Shown: one piece after another, positions 9,469 through 23,190 of the stretch
Numbering within the stretch: the first letter of the stretch is position 1
Layout of the letters: every line of letters starts with the position of its first letter
DNA from: Felis catus
Lineage: Eukaryota
Direction of reading: 5' to 3'
Length of the DNA stretch: 64,000 bases
Assembly: GCF_018350175.1 (NCBI RefSeq)
Contig: NC_058369.1
Span: 20,214,001 to 20,278,000 of the forward strand
Position numbers and translations under genes: made by a program
Notes under the pieces: generated by a model
The model's input: only the letters and a program-made list of their open reading frames with translations
The model's database searches: none
What the model was told of the DNA's origin: nothing

Positions 9469-11277
9469 CCCAGACCTGTTTCCAGCTCCGCATTTGTGTC
9501 ACAAAAGCAGTCATTTTAAAATCTGATTCCCCACCTCCTACTCCCTTGGTTTGAATTCTCTGCTGGGTTATTTTGGTTCATTTGGTGGGGGACCAGAGTC
9601 CTGACCCCTACCAACACTAAGTTCTTAGATTTTTGAGGGTTTTTTTACAGCGATGAGCAAAGGGACTCCTGTCACATTGATTTCTAGTGTACAAGATACT
9701 GTCTGCTGTGTTCTGTATTTTTTTATTTTTTGACTAACTGTATGGAAAGTTGTCAGTAAAGCCTTTGTCAGAGGATGGATTTTTAATCCTGTTCAGAGTC
9801 TTGGTTTAATCAAGTTTTTCCCCACTGCACACAAATGCGCCATCTTTGCGGCACTGGTGTAGCTCAGAGTTCTGATGGATTGTCCGCTCTCAGTCCCTCA
9901 GCTCTTTGGGCTGAGTCAGGACTGCGTTCACATTTTTAACCTTGGCTGAGAGCAGGTGGGCTTCAATTTGCCTCTGGACCCTACCTTGCCTGGCTGAGCA
10001 AAGCCCATGCAAAGGAAAGGGGTGAGCCTAAGGTCTATAACCAGCAGCTGTGGTAGTTTTGGAGTTTTTGTTCTCTTGCCCTAAACGTGCGTGTTCATCC
10101 ACTTGAGGTGTAGCTGTTGGACAAGGTGCCCGATCTTGAGGTCTTTTTGCGAGCCGGTAGTCTAGCAGTTGTGTGGTCTTGTAGTCATGGGGAAGAACAG
10201 TGTAATATTGGTGCCAAGGGGCCTCGTTCTCACATATCCACGCAGGCTCCCCCTCTTGTTCAGCCTCGCAGCCTTAATGTGGCAGCCCAGGAATGCTCAG
10301 TTGGAGACCGAGCTGCCTTAAACTCCCAGGGACACTAGAGGCCAGATGTCGGAATGGAGGGTGACAGGAAGCTTCTCTGGGCTAATTCTTGAACTTGACC
10401 CAATGTTTGTGAATTCTGGTTCTTCCTTTGGTTATTCGTGGCTGATGTGTCAAAGGAACAGGCCTCTGCCCAGTAACTAGAGCTTTTGTGAGGGACGTTG
10501 AATCCCCAGACGGAAGAATTTTTGCAATGCTGCAAGGGAACATGATGGGTTAGGAGGATGCTCTTAACTGGCTTACCTGTTTCTCAGGTGCAAGGTAAGA
10601 GAGAGTGCCTCAGCCTCTTGCCCTGCTGCTGAGGTGGAACCACTGGAAGAAAGGTGCTTCTGTGGGGAATGCAGTCACAGGTACCAAGCTTTGGCTTGTT
10701 GGCTTGAATGGCTTTGACTAGCACTGCCCAAGCTAGGGGGCAATGTGGAGGCATCCTTGAGCTGGGAGGGACTCTTTAAAGAATTACTAATGCTGTCGTC
10801 ACTGGTCTCTAGTGAGGTCATAGGGCAAATGAAGCCAGCACCATTGGAGACCAGGGAGGGAAACCAGTCATACAGCAGTTGTCACCATGTCCCAAAAGGC
10901 TCATTGTCAGAGCTGAGGGACAGCAGAAGCCCCAGTAAGAGAAATGAACCCCCAAAAGGCCAGGAACTCTAGGTTCTGTGGGCCATGCCACTCTCCTGGC
11001 CTGGCCTATTACCCCAGCTGGGGCAAGGCAACACAGGTGACAGCCAGATGTTTTGAGACAGTTGTGAAGTGGAGGCTGAGGCTCAGTGTATCCTGCATGG
11101 AGAATACGTGCTTGTCCACAAGGACAATGAAGGAGGTGGCTTTTAGGGACCTTGGAGATTTAAAATGAACAGGGTAAGGTGCCTGGGCAAGTACTGCTCA
11201 CTGGGCTAAAGCTGGTACTCATGAGAGAACAAGCATGTTCACAACAGAAAACCTTAACAAAGGAGGTGTTAAATGTG

Positions 11278-11283
11278 TTTATT
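11278..11283 (-). terminator. DCAF1: Candidate distal DCAF1 polyA signal (AATAAA on minus strand)
   Basis: TTTATT on plus strand about 2.9 kb past the DCAF1 stop. Confidence 0.5.
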
Positions 11284-13322
11284 TGTTTGTACTTGAGCTG
11301 TGGCAACACCTACAGGGTATCTAAGCAAGTCTATGGTGGGGGGGGGGGGGGAGGGGCAGCTGACCACAGCTCCACCATCCTGGGGTAGCTCATAATGCCA
11401 GGAGTGGCCCTTATCTTGTTCAGAGCAAGCGAGGTAGGGGTGACCTGAAGGCACAACACAGGGCTTCCTGCAGATCTTCGAGAAATGCCTGGGTCACACA
11501 CAGGCCAGAGGTGCCTTGCCCCTTAAGTCCCAAACTTCTTTGGGCTGATGCTTCACAGAGTGGGTGCTCAGAACCCAGAATACTACACCTCCTAGCATTC
11601 CCAGATGGAAACCTGGAGAAGACACTTCAACTCTTGACTTGTCCGCTCTTCAGGGATAGGTGTTCTCTGTTCCCAAAAGGAAATACAGAGTTTTAGTAAA
11701 GAGCCACACCTACTGTGTGACCTTCCTCCTCCTCTTCCTTGGACCCTCTTCTCAACCACTTCCTCCCTTTGGCTCTTAAGACCCTGCAGGTTCTGTGAAC
11801 TTCTCTCAGGCCTTGGCCAGCACTAGTAAGGGTAAGTCAGGTGGTCAAGGCACTGGTTGATTTCAGACTGCTCCAGAGAGAACAATTTAACTGCAGGCAT
11901 CAAGCACCTCCACCTGGGGGCTCGGGTCCTCTCTGAGGGGTTGCTTTAAAAAAAAAAAAGAAAAAATCAACCTGAGGCAAAAAAAAAAAAATGTGAAGAA
12001 AAGTTTGCCTCCTCATTGGTTTCCTAGTATTGTACAGATTTCTTCCTAAGTGACTCCAATCTTAAGCCCTGGTATAGTAAGAAATAGGGCTGATGTCTCA
12101 AGCCTCTCAGGGCGCTTCCCTAAAGGCACGTTGTCAAGTCAACCAGAACTTTGCTTTCCTGCTGGAGGGCCTCATCTCCACCCCAGAGACCCGTAGGCAC
12201 TCCCAAGAGCTGCCGGCAGAGTTTAGGGACACAGCCAGTGGCTCAGCTGAGTTCCTGTCTAGAATATAGCGCTTTTACTTTTGGCCTTTTAACCTGCTTT
12301 CTTCTGCATCCAGCACCAGCAATCAAGGCTACACCACGGGTCAGGTGTTAGCAACCCACTAAAGCTGAGGCATGAAGCTGAGACCTCTACTCTCTAAAGG
12401 ACCAAGAGCTAGCTACCTGTCTGACACAGGCCCGCGTTTGTGTGTGTGACAAATTGTATGGTATTCCAAAGCCCGACAGGGCTCTGCCAGCCCCTGGTGA
12501 GTTTTAGCCATGTTGTCTTGCTTGTTTACTTCACAACCAAATTTGTCCCCTCTTCTCTTGGCAAAGGGAGAAAAAAGTCTCTAGCCATGTGATACCTACA
12601 TAATAGAAACCAAGAAGCTATTACTTGAGCGAACTCAAAGGAAGAGACAGGTCTGTTTACTGGGAAGGAAAGCAGGGTGAGGTGGGGTCAGTGAAAAGGT
12701 CAGAGCATGTGGCACTTCCCTGGCAGTAGCGCAGTTTTAACCAACCGCAGGCTGATTTTGGAGGCCCGAGACTGCATCTGCAAACCCAGGCTGCCCAAGC
12801 CCCCACTGCCCCCAAACCGCCAAAAGTGAACAACTCCGGTCCGCTATCACTGTCTCTTGAGGAAACTGGTGACAGTCACCCACCCGACTATAGAGATGGC
12901 CAAAACGTTTTCACTCCTTAGCTTTGCCAGCATGTTTCTCCAAAACTCCCCAGGACCCCTAACTTGCCAGTTCCACCAAACACGTATGGCAGAGCTGCCT
13001 TCTTGAGTCAGTCTGGGACAGAGAGATGTGCCCACGGTGGACAATGCCCAAGCCTCTCCTCCACCCCACGTGGTTGGTTCTCGGGCACAGACCGTTACTC
13101 CCTCTGGAGCACGGCTGCAGACCAGGTTTAGACACTGTGACTAAGCTACTTTTCTCCCCAGAGTGCTTTATTTGGGCAGAATGTGTTCTCACCGCCATCC
13201 TGGACTGCCTCTCCCAGAAGGCGTCTTCTCTACTGGCTGGCTAGAGCTGCAGGGAAAGGGACCATCACACTTTGGTAAAGAGAACAGGGAAAGGCCATGA
13301 ACAAACAAAGACAGACTTGTAG

Positions 13323-13328
13323 TTTATT
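13323..13328 (-). terminator. DCAF1: Candidate proximal DCAF1 polyA signal (AATAAA on minus strand)
   Basis: TTTATT at the end of the AU-rich DCAF1 3' UTR block; followed on the minus strand by GT-rich gtctgtctttgtttgtt. Confidence 0.6.
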
Positions 13329-13343
13329 TTGTATTTTTTTTTA

Positions 13344-13365
13344 AATAAATACACTTTACATTAAA
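13344..13365 (+). terminator. RBM15B: Candidate RBM15B polyA signals AATAAA (13344-13349) and ATTAAA (13360-13365)
   Basis: First canonical plus-strand AATAAA I found after the RBM15B stop, preceded by a TGTA/U-rich upstream element. Confidence 0.6.
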
Positions 13366-14213
13366 GAAAAAAGGCCTTTGATTTGTAATTTCCACATTGG
13401 GGAGAAAGGGAAGAAAAAAATTTTTGAAAAACAATCACAAAGAAAAATAGAGGGAGTGAACTTATATCCTAAGTTCCCTCAACTCCACAAAACCAATATC
13501 CACAACGACCTTGCTGCCCCCAAACCATGAAGGTGGGTGAACCTGGGCATTTACTCAGCAAACAAGCAGTGCCTTCCTCCCCACCTCGGGCACGAAGGAA
13601 AGCAAATTAACCTGACAGCATATGAGGCAACAAAACAGGTTAAAAAATCATATATTATATTTATAATAAAATATTCTTAATCCTTATCAATTTAAGAAAC
13701 CACGATTTTCCTTTTCATTTAAATACGTATGTAAAAATGCCTCTGTATTGTTCTTTAGACATCATTTTCTTCCATAGAAAATGAAGTGCAGGGACAAGAG
13801 ACCTGGTGGATATAAGTTCATACCCTCAGTTATAAATGCCTGTTTTTTTTTTCTTTTTAAGTTTTATAAAAAACTATTTCTTGTTCTTTAAGTAAAGAAC
13901 GTTATACAAAGAAAATATATTGTGAAATAACCCCAGAGACATGTCCCCCCCCCCCCCCTTGAGGAAAGAGCTGTCCATCCTAGGAGAAGGGGGGAAGCAG
14001 AATAGGGCCTAAACCCTGTTGTCTTTTTGTGGTTGTTATTGTTTTAGAAGGACCCTCAGATTCCAGTGAGGCTCTCTAAGCCATATTCCTCTGAATGCAG
14101 GGCATGCAGTTCCTTAAAAGACAGCCCTGGGAGATGGGGAAGGGAAGGTGTTCTGAATTCATCTGACTCAGTTTCTCGCCTGTCAAGAATGTCTTCCACA
14201 TGATGATGGTCCC

Positions 14214-14272
14214 TCACTCATTCAGAGATAAGATGATGTCATCTTCCAAATCAGAGTTGTCAGAGCTGTCCG
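14214..14272 (-). CDS. DCAF1: DCAF1 last coding exon (TDSSDNSDLEDDIILSLNE*)
   Basis: TTTCAG acceptor, TGA at 14214-14216; matches the DCAF1/VPRBP C-terminus. Confidence 0.95.
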
Positions 14273-17240
14273 CTGAAAGGGAAGAAGACAGAGAGACTAG
14301 GTTATGCACTAGGCTTACAGGAAGCTTTTAGGAAGGAAACACCTACATACACACATTTATGCTTGAGCAGAGTTAACTGCCAGTTTCCAGAAAGAAGAAA
14401 ACACAACAATTAACTACTTGGAGCTGGCTCTGGAGAATTTACTTGTTGGCAACAGTGGCCACCCTGGGGCCTTTTACTCTCGTGCCTTTCAAAGGGCCTG
14501 GATGCAATGCTCTCTGCTTTCTAGAGGTGCTTCCTGCTGGGGGTGGGGGATGGGGGGGGTTGGCTAAAGGGACAGGGCAAGCCCTGAAGCTTCTGCATAG
14601 CTGCAAAGGGGCAGGGCTGAGGGAGTAATGACTGAGCCCTTTGGCCTTGTGTCCTTCAGGGATGGGTGCACAGGCCTGCCCGATCCCCCTAGGACTACTA
14701 AAAAGGGAGTCCAAGCCCAAGCAAGAGTGAGATTTCTCTTAAACTCTCAACAACTCTCTTATCAAAGACCTCATAAGGGTAGAGACTGTCAACCTAGGAT
14801 TCATTCCTCTGTAAGTTCTGAATATAATCAGCAGGGAACAAGCTCCCAGAAAGGTACAGGCCAGCATGCAGCAACACCAGAGGAGGAGTACCTAGAAACT
14901 CTAGGTTGGAGACCAGCAGGGAGTAGCTATGACACCGTGGAAGGTGGCACCGTGTCTCTGGCACAGGAGGAGCACTCCGCTTGACCATCGGCCTTCTCAG
15001 GCAGTGAATAGACCACATTAACACCTCTGGAAGGATCCACTGAGGAATGAAACTAGGCAAGAGAACCTTCAAAATGAGGTAGATACACCATTGTCTGGCT
15101 GATCAAGATCGGAGGGAAACATAGTACCTAGGCTCCTAAGGACTCTAGTACTTGCTGAAGGAAGGTGAAGGAAAGGTCTTGGTGCCCCCGTTGATTACAG
15201 TTCAGGAAGCCATGAGACCTTTTTAACAAGGTCTCCAAGGAAGTAGACAGATTGTGAGCGGGAGCCTTGCAAATGCCCACAGGCTGTGGAGTTCCCACAT
15301 AGAGAGGGACACCAATGGTTCCAAAAAATTCCCCATCAGCCTTTCCCAGATACCTGAGAACTCTCAGGAAAGCTGAGGCAAGAACAATGCATGTTCCCAA
15401 ACCTTCCTTCATTCACTACAATCTCCTTTACAAAGAAAACTGAAGTGGATAAAATGAAACCAGCAAACAGACGGCTGTGATACAAGAAAGCCCTGAATGT
15501 AAACAAGAGAGGTAACTGGAAAAGTCAGTGCTTCTGGGCCTACAAGGGCACAAGCACGACCCGACTACTGGTGAGGAGCAGGGATGTCAGGGCAGGAAGA
15601 TCAGAGAACTAACATCTGAGCTGAACCAAACGGCCTTGTCAGCTTCCCTGCTGCAAGAACTCCAGGAGGAAGCGCCAACAGAAAAAGGTAGGGCCTGCTC
15701 TCCACAGCCAAGCACAGCACTGTGTCCCAGCTGTGGCAGACCTCCAGGGAGTCCCCTAGTGCTCCTGTGATGTATGATCCAACAATGCCAGACCGCCTGC
15801 CTGACACCTGACCGTCAGCTGTGCAGCTGCTAAGAGCTTAACAACTGTGCCTCACATCTAAGGAGTATAAATGCAGCTGCACAAGGACTGAGACACAATC
15901 TTTAAGCAAATCAGGCAGAGGGTCTGAGAGAAGCTTCAGGGCCTGGGTGCAGACTCCATTCTTGGTGGTCAGGTGACAGGACATCTTTCTCTAGCTTCCT
16001 TAGCCTCTTCTCACCCTCAAGTGTTGAAGAGCCCCAACCCCAGACTCTGGTCAGGACCTCTCCTTCTGAAAGACCCTCTGAGGCAAAGGCAGTCTAGATG
16101 TAAAAAATCAATCCCTGCAGTGTTTAACCTGCTGCCTCTACAACACACAAGCTTTTGGGGAAAGCAGAACTGACTGCAACAGAGAAACACACAAGACTTC
16201 AGCATCAAGGTGTTTTCTCTTCCTAGGGCTGGGGCTCTGCATGTGAAACTGATCATTGGCTCTCTATAGGACCTGGGCCTAGCAAAGTTATGGGGTGGCA
16301 CAGGGCTGTGGTTTTCAATAGTCTCAGTGACTTTCATCACATCCTAAAAGGGCTACTACATGAGCTCAGAAAGGTTAAGAGCTAATCTGAGTAGCTCCCT
16401 CTGCTCTGCTGTAAACTCCGGGGAGGGGCCGGGGGGTGGGGGTTGTTCTCTACAAAACAGACAGCAATGCAGTACATGCTATATCCATGCTGCCTCCATA
16501 TCACCACCTCTGTTCTGGAGCCCAAGCTGAAATGTCCTCAAGTTGTCGACTATTACAGCATATTCACATCATAAATACTGCCACCAAAATAAAGTAATAT
16601 TCTCATTGCTAAAAGAATTAAGGTTCTCCAGATTACCTCTTGGGCCTGAAGGAATTTCCTAAAGAGTTAATAAAGGAGGCAGTAATTTTACAGGCCAAAA
16701 ACAAATTTAGTGGCTTTATATTCAAGAATAAAAAAATGAGTGACCATCTCATGTCAGGAGCACCGCTGCCAGCTGCACTCCTGGCCTTGTTACTTGTAAT
16801 TGAAGGAAACACAACTTGTACCCCATGTGGCACTATTCACAGATGACAAAAAGTTCACTAAAAATTGTCCTTTTACTCCCATCAATACTGTCATGTGTCC
16901 ATGACCCTTAGTCCCTCTTACCTGGCTCTCTGACCATGGCTAGGGACAAGGCAAGTCCTCCTCCACTGAATCACCTCAACCTCCAATATAGAAAAATGGA
17001 AGCTGGTAAAGAGCAGACGAGCAGATAGAGAAGGCACTCCCTCCCAACCCCCACAGAGCCTCCTCAAAATACAACTTCACCAAGAGGATTTCTGTAACAA
17101 AGTCTCCCCTAAGCCAACTGCCTTCCATCTTGAAGGTTAGAAGCACATGTAAGATTTATCCCAAAGAAATTGGATTTGGGTCACTGTGGAATAGAATCTT
17201 TTATACATATGTTTAAATATATACCGCAACCACCCTCTGC

Positions 17241-17242
<2 letters not shown>

Positions 17243-17290
<48 letters not shown>
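17243..17290. repeat. (CA)n microsatellite, about 24 units
   Basis: Direct reading. Confidence 0.95.
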
Positions 17291-17293
<3 letters not shown>

Positions 17294-17399
17294 CCTCCTA
17301 CCACCAAACGCCAATGATTATAAAAACCAAGCAACTACTATGAAGACGCTTGGCATAAGTTGGGCCTAGGCCAGCACATAGTATTTCCTGTAAATGAAT

Positions 17400-17552
17400 T
17401 TCATGTAAATGTTCTGCATCTGTGCTGTTCGATATGGTAACCACATGTGGCTGCCAAGTACTTCAATTGTGGACATGAATGAGGAAATGAATTTTTAATT
17501 TAATTAAAATTTTAATGGCTGCATGTGGTTAGTAGCCACCATATTAGGCATA
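17400..17552 (+). mobile_element. MER3-like hAT-Charlie DNA transposon relic
   Basis: ccacatgtggct palindromic cores around an AT-rich centre, resembling the recalled MER3 consensus. Confidence 0.6.
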
Positions 17553-18090
17553 ATACCTGCCATAGTTGTGAGAATGCTGGCCGGGTTAGCTACATGAATA
17601 TGGCTGGGTATCAGAGAGACTGCTCCCCAGTCAGCCAGGGTAGCACAAGGAAGAACCAGGACCACAGCAAGTGCGTCACTGTCAACAGGCAGCCAGATAT
17701 GTCCTCTTGAAATGGGTAGAGTATAATTGCAGAGCCAGCAAACTCTTAGAACTAACAGCTGGTTTATTTGGGATTCATTAGCATGGTCAGGGGTCAACTT
17801 CAGAAACTTGTCCTAAAGAGAAATTAGTAGGAAAATTAGAGGTTGTTCTTGATAACTTTGAGCTGGGGGCAGAGCAAGGGATGAGTGGGCAAAACAGAAG
17901 CCAAAGAGAAACATTTGTTGCCTAGCCTCTAAGAAGGCTTAGGCAAAAGCACAGGAAAAGATTCCAACACAAGAGAGCTTTTACTTCTTTGTAACTTTAA
18001 AAAGAAGGAGGCACAGCACCCCCATAAGCAGCTGCTGACTCCGGCTCTGCCCCTCAGGAAGAACTACATTCTCAGGCTAATCCTCTAAAG

Positions 18091-18319
18091 CAGAAATCGA
18101 CAAGACTATGTGGCCCACCGGCCAAACCAAGCCCACCATGCATGTTTGTAAATAAACTTTTACTTCTGAATCAGAGCCACAATCATTAAATTATGTCTTG
18201 TGTCTGGCTGCTTTTACACTACAACAGCAGAGCTGAAGAGCTGCAAGAGACACCATATGGCCCACAAAGCATAAAATATTTAACTGTCCAGCCTTTAAGA
18301 AAAAGTTTGCCAACCTCTG
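18091..18319. mobile_element. MER58A-like hAT-Charlie relic
   Basis: tttgtaaataaacttttact ... atatggcccacaaagcataaaatattt ... tttgccaacctctg resembles MER58A. Confidence 0.65.
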
Positions 18320-18530
18320 TTTTACAGATGAGATAATAGCCTTTTAGTTACACAGCCTGGTGAAAGCAGAGGATTGGAGATGCAAAATGCTTTTCCTCAA
18401 GGTGCCAGAGTGGTGAATCTATAGTTATGGGGCACAGAACCCTGGTGTGGCTTGCTGGCTGGGAGGGTGCAGGGAAGGGACCTCTCCCTGGGTACCAAAG
18501 ATTCAGCTTCAGGGTCAGCCCTACACTTAC

Positions 18531-18783
18531 TGTCCCCCAGGATCAGTTCCACTTCCTCGTCCGCATCAGAGTCCTCGTCCTCCCCATCCTCTCCCTCCTC
18601 TAGAAGGTTCGCTAGCTCCTCGTCAGAGGGAGAAAAGTCATTGTCCCCATCCTCCCCTGCGTTCTCGTTGTTGTCATCCTCCTCCAACTCCGCCTCCAGC
18701 AACTGGTCAGTGTCAAGCTCATCTAGATCATCAGTGTCGTCATCATCTTCATCGTCATCTTCTTCCTCCTGTTCTTCCTCTTC
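18531..18783 (-). CDS. DCAF1: DCAF1 exon, acidic tail (EEEEQEEEDDDEDDDD...VELILGD)
   Basis: CAG acceptor, GTAAGT donor, 253 nt, phase matches last exon. Confidence 0.95.
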
Positions 18784-20460
18784 CTGGTAAGAGAGCATGA
18801 GGTCCATTAAGAAAACGCAGAGGCCTAAGCCCATGTGGGCCACATGGGGAATCTTTCCCTCCTTCTCAAAGGACAGGGGAGGAAACTGTCAGGAGAGAGA
18901 GTGGTAATCTAGATAATCTAATGAAGACTGAGACAGGCCAGACATGTTCCCCAAGATTCTCAAAGCACCTCTCAGATAAGGATTACTGGTCACTCCACAA
19001 AGGCATTACTGGTCACACAGCCCTTACCCAAGAAAACACACAACTCACCTCACAGAGGTCTTTGCCAGCAGCATTCTAGGTTCCTAAATAACTAATAACA
19101 AAACCCAGGAGGTGCTTCTCTCTCTCTTGCGTCAACCAAACCAAGTAATATCAGTTGGGGCACTGGAACAAAAGCTTCTACTAGAATCTAAAAAGCAATG
19201 CTTTAACAAGACAGAGAAAGAACACAGCTGCTGAGTCAGCTCCTAAGCCCTTCAAGTTCTTGCCCTTGCTCTTATAACCAAGGATGTGATCATCTAATTG
19301 TCCAACAAAACTGACTTTTACAATACAGAACATAACAGATACCCACATTTTCGGTTATAAGCCGCACACGAAAACACACAAAAGAATGTTAGAGAAACCA
19401 TCCTTCCTTCCACATTCTTAAGAGAGCTTTCCAAGGCAGGAAAACTACCAGAAAGCTAACAAAATACTTGGTTCTGGGTACCCTGAGCTTTGTAAAGGAT
19501 ACATTCTGGCATCTGCCAGAGTTCAACTTTGCACTAGAATTCAAATTGTGTCCTCTCCTGCTTGAAAGGAAACCAAGACACCTCTGCTTTGATAAGGATG
19601 ACAGGTGTTCCAAGTAAATGTAACCAACATTCACTTATCCTTCTGCTCAAACACCAACTGTCAACCTTGCCAGTAGCAAAGCGCTTCTTCTAATTCCTGC
19701 AATAAAATATAAAATTCACTTAATACATTGCCCTAATGAAAGCCAAGAAAGAACAAGCCCAACATGCACAGAAAAAAATATGTATAACACATTTTTAAAA
19801 GTGCTGCTATATGGCAATCACTTAAAAACCAAAAATTCTGTGCTCATTTGGCCACTAGAGTTCATCAACTATAATGTAAATTAGGCTCACTCACATTCAG
19901 CAGAGTAGCCCTGCTTTATGGACTTTTGATAATTTTGGAACCATCCTTTAGAGACATTTTGACATACTGTTTGACCCAGTGACTTGGACTTTTCAATAAT
20001 TTCTGGCAGCTATATGGGAAAAACTAATCCCTTTAAATACCCAGTATTCCTAAGGCCTGTACAAACGTGTATATGGTCTAGACCAGAGTTTGTACGCGAC
20101 TGTATGTGAAAGCACACGACAGCCTGGTAACAGTGTTCCCACAGCCTTGGCCACATATCACCTCCACAAGGATGGCTAAGTAAGCATTCATCCACTGAAA
20201 AAGTGCTGAGAGTGCCTGGAGGCAGTAATGACAAACTGGGACACAGACAAGCTCCTTAGCCCCTACAAACACATGAGCTCATACAAATACTGGGAGAAGG
20301 CAGAAGGGTCAAAATTCAGGGAAATAATCCAAAGTGCTTACCGAATTACAACTCTTGCCTCTTTTTTCCAGGCATATTTTCATGGCCTTGACCAAAATTA
20401 GTTTAATCCATTAATAAAGTACCACAGTTAAAAACAAGTACATTAAAGAAGAGAATATCC

Positions 20461-20677
20461 GGGGCGCCTGGGTGGCTCAATTGGTTAAGCGGCCGACTTC
20501 GGCTCAGGTCATGATCTCACGGTCCGTGAGTTCAAGCCCCGCGTCGGGCTCTGTGCTGACAGCTCAGAGCCTGGAGCCTGTTTCAGATTCTGTGTCTCCC
20601 TCTCTCTGACCCTCCCCCGTTCATGCTCTCTCTCTGTCTCAAAAATAAATAAACGTTAAAAAAAAAAAAAAATTTAA
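20461..20677 (+). mobile_element. Young CAN-SINE with 16-bp TSD aaagaagagaatatcc (20445-20460 / 20678-20693)
   Basis: Near-consensus, CpG-retaining body and perfect TSD. Confidence 0.92.
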
Positions 20678-23190
20678 AAAGAAGAGAATATCCAAAGCCC
20701 TGTGTTTCTTAAGCCTCTATGGGACAATATATAAAATTTAAGACGGCATAATTTTTTATTTTTGATTCTAAAATTAATACATATATACTGATATGCATGT
20801 TTGGCATTATTTAAAGACTATGGGACAGGCAAAAATGCCCAGGCTTTGGGATCAAACACGCCTGGGTTAGAATCCTGACTTTGCCAATTACATGTTATGT
20901 AAACCTAGGCAATTTACATAAATTTTCAATGTCCCATAACTTTTAAAGGTCTACTGTTGAGTGGTTATGTAAAAGGTCACACTGTTCAAACAGTTATCTG
21001 TTAGCCAGCAAATTTCAGAAGGCCATTTGCTTTCATTTCTAAAGAGATCAAAGCCTAGCTGATCCAAGAGAACTGCGAAAAACCTCCTAAATCAAAAGCA
21101 ATCCTAGAAAATAAGTCACTCAGAGTGTGAGCTCTGAACCACACATAACATTCCGAATTCCTCCAAAAGACTAAAAATCCAACCTTATTTAATCTTGATG
21201 TAGAAGAAATAGTTTATATATATTCACCCCAGAAGGCCATGACGTCTTATAGGAGGACCATGAAAGGGCAAGGGCAAGGAGTAGGAAGGGGAGCTGTACC
21301 TGCATCTCAAGTAAAACCCATCACTTCATCATTTATACTCTATGATTAATGACCAACGCCGGTTTAATATATGTTGTTACACATGGATATAGCCATAAAC
21401 TCACTTTCTAAATTTTAAATCTGAAACCCGAATCATGAAACAGCAGCTCACAGATCTGTCCAAAATACTGTAGAATCTAATTCTGTGGCTGAACTCAATA
21501 GAAAGTCCAGGAAATAATTTTAGGAGCATTCTCTGCTGGTTTTAAGTACCTGGTTGGTAACATAAGCCCCTCTCCTTCAGTGGAAGCCAGCCTTCCACTC
21601 ATGTTCTACACAGCGGTCCTCTCTGGATGTTGTTACCACAGTCACTCACTTCCCACCCCACACACCTAAACTTCCCTCACACTTCTCTCACTGGCTTCTC
21701 ACCTTCTCTGAAGAGGGTAAGCTTGCATAAACCGAACTACTTCTCAATCCACATAGGCTCCACATTACTTCCACCTAAACCCTATTCTAGGTCTCTGGAC
21801 CCACTGCCACCTGCTCAATCATTCCTTCACTCTGTCCCTCTTCCTCTAACACTGGACAATATGGCTTCGGCCACTGAACCCAAAGTAGACTGATACAATA
21901 CCTGACTTTGGGATGATTTACTCTGCTTCACAGAGCTGTTGTTAGGATTGGGGGGGGGGGGGGGGGGAGGAACATGTCTGCATGTACGCATAATAATCTC
22001 TTTGGAAAGTGCCTGGCATGTATGAAGTGTTCAACAATAGTTTGTTTTTCCTATTATAAGGACGGAAACCTATTTCCTATTACAAGAAAAAGGAAGGCCT
22101 GAATGGTCAATGGTGGGGCTTCTCTATAGTGACTGACACCAATCCTGGCCTCTGCACTGGGTTCATCTGTACCAGGTCTCTTGCAGATTTCCTAGGCACA
22201 CAGGTTCCTACAACTTTTATTTGTCTTTATATTTCCTAATTCCTAAATCTTGAACTCTCAGACAGCTCTACCCATTCGTACCACAGAAGCTTAAAATCTC
22301 TTAATTCTAAAACTGAATTCAAAGCATCTCTAAACCTAGTACCTTTTCCATACTTCTCCCAGTTAGCAGGTGAAAAATCTCATATATCTTTCACTTCTCC
22401 CACTCCTATGGCTTCACATCCAGTTGACTATAGTGTTTCCCACAAATCTCAGGTCCCCAGGACTCCCTCCTACCCACTCTCCTTACACTCACCAACCACA
22501 TTCTCCCTCCTGCTGTCCATCTCTGGTCTCTCCAGCTCTCTATGGTTATCCCATCCCAGATCCAAAACCCCAGGAGCCCCATAAACACGTCCATGTTCCA
22601 GAATTACAACAGAAGCACTATTTACTGAACATTTTTCTAATGCCAACTTCTGTGAATCTCAATTTCTTATTAAAGAGGTGATTTAATTTAATTTAGTCAG
22701 TGACTCCTATTCAGATAATGATTCTCAGAATCACCTGGGAAAAAGTTTTCCAAAATACATATTCCAGGCTGACAGAACTAACCTTTATGAATGAAGCTCA
22801 CACAAGTGGATTTTGGAAAGGTTCCCAGGAATTGTGAAGTGCACCCCCCAATGAAGCACTGCACAAGATGTCCTCTGAAACACCTTCTAGTTCTAAAGTT
22901 CTACTTTTTTGCAATAATATACCCTATCCACAGACTCCTAATGACAGAACCAAAAAAGTGATTCCAGGTATTCCATTGACCTTCTCTGCTACATCCAACT
23001 GTCTTATACTCTAGGATTTAATGTGATTTTTTAAATTAGTGCAGCATTTGTGTCTAGACCATTCAAAATTCTTCTTGAATACATGTCTCTTTTTCAAGAG
23101 AAATAGCCTTTAGCCTGTATTACCATCAAAAATATAACCAACCTCTTAGAAAACCAAACCTCTGGTCATACTTTAAGAATACTTAATCTT

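Noticed and set aside
18447..18800. Ser-rich and Pro-rich plus-strand ORFs
   Set aside because: Antisense shadows of the DCAF1 acidic exon
20461..20550. tRNA-like A/B boxes
   Set aside because: These are the tRNA-derived heads of CAN-SINEs, not tRNA genes
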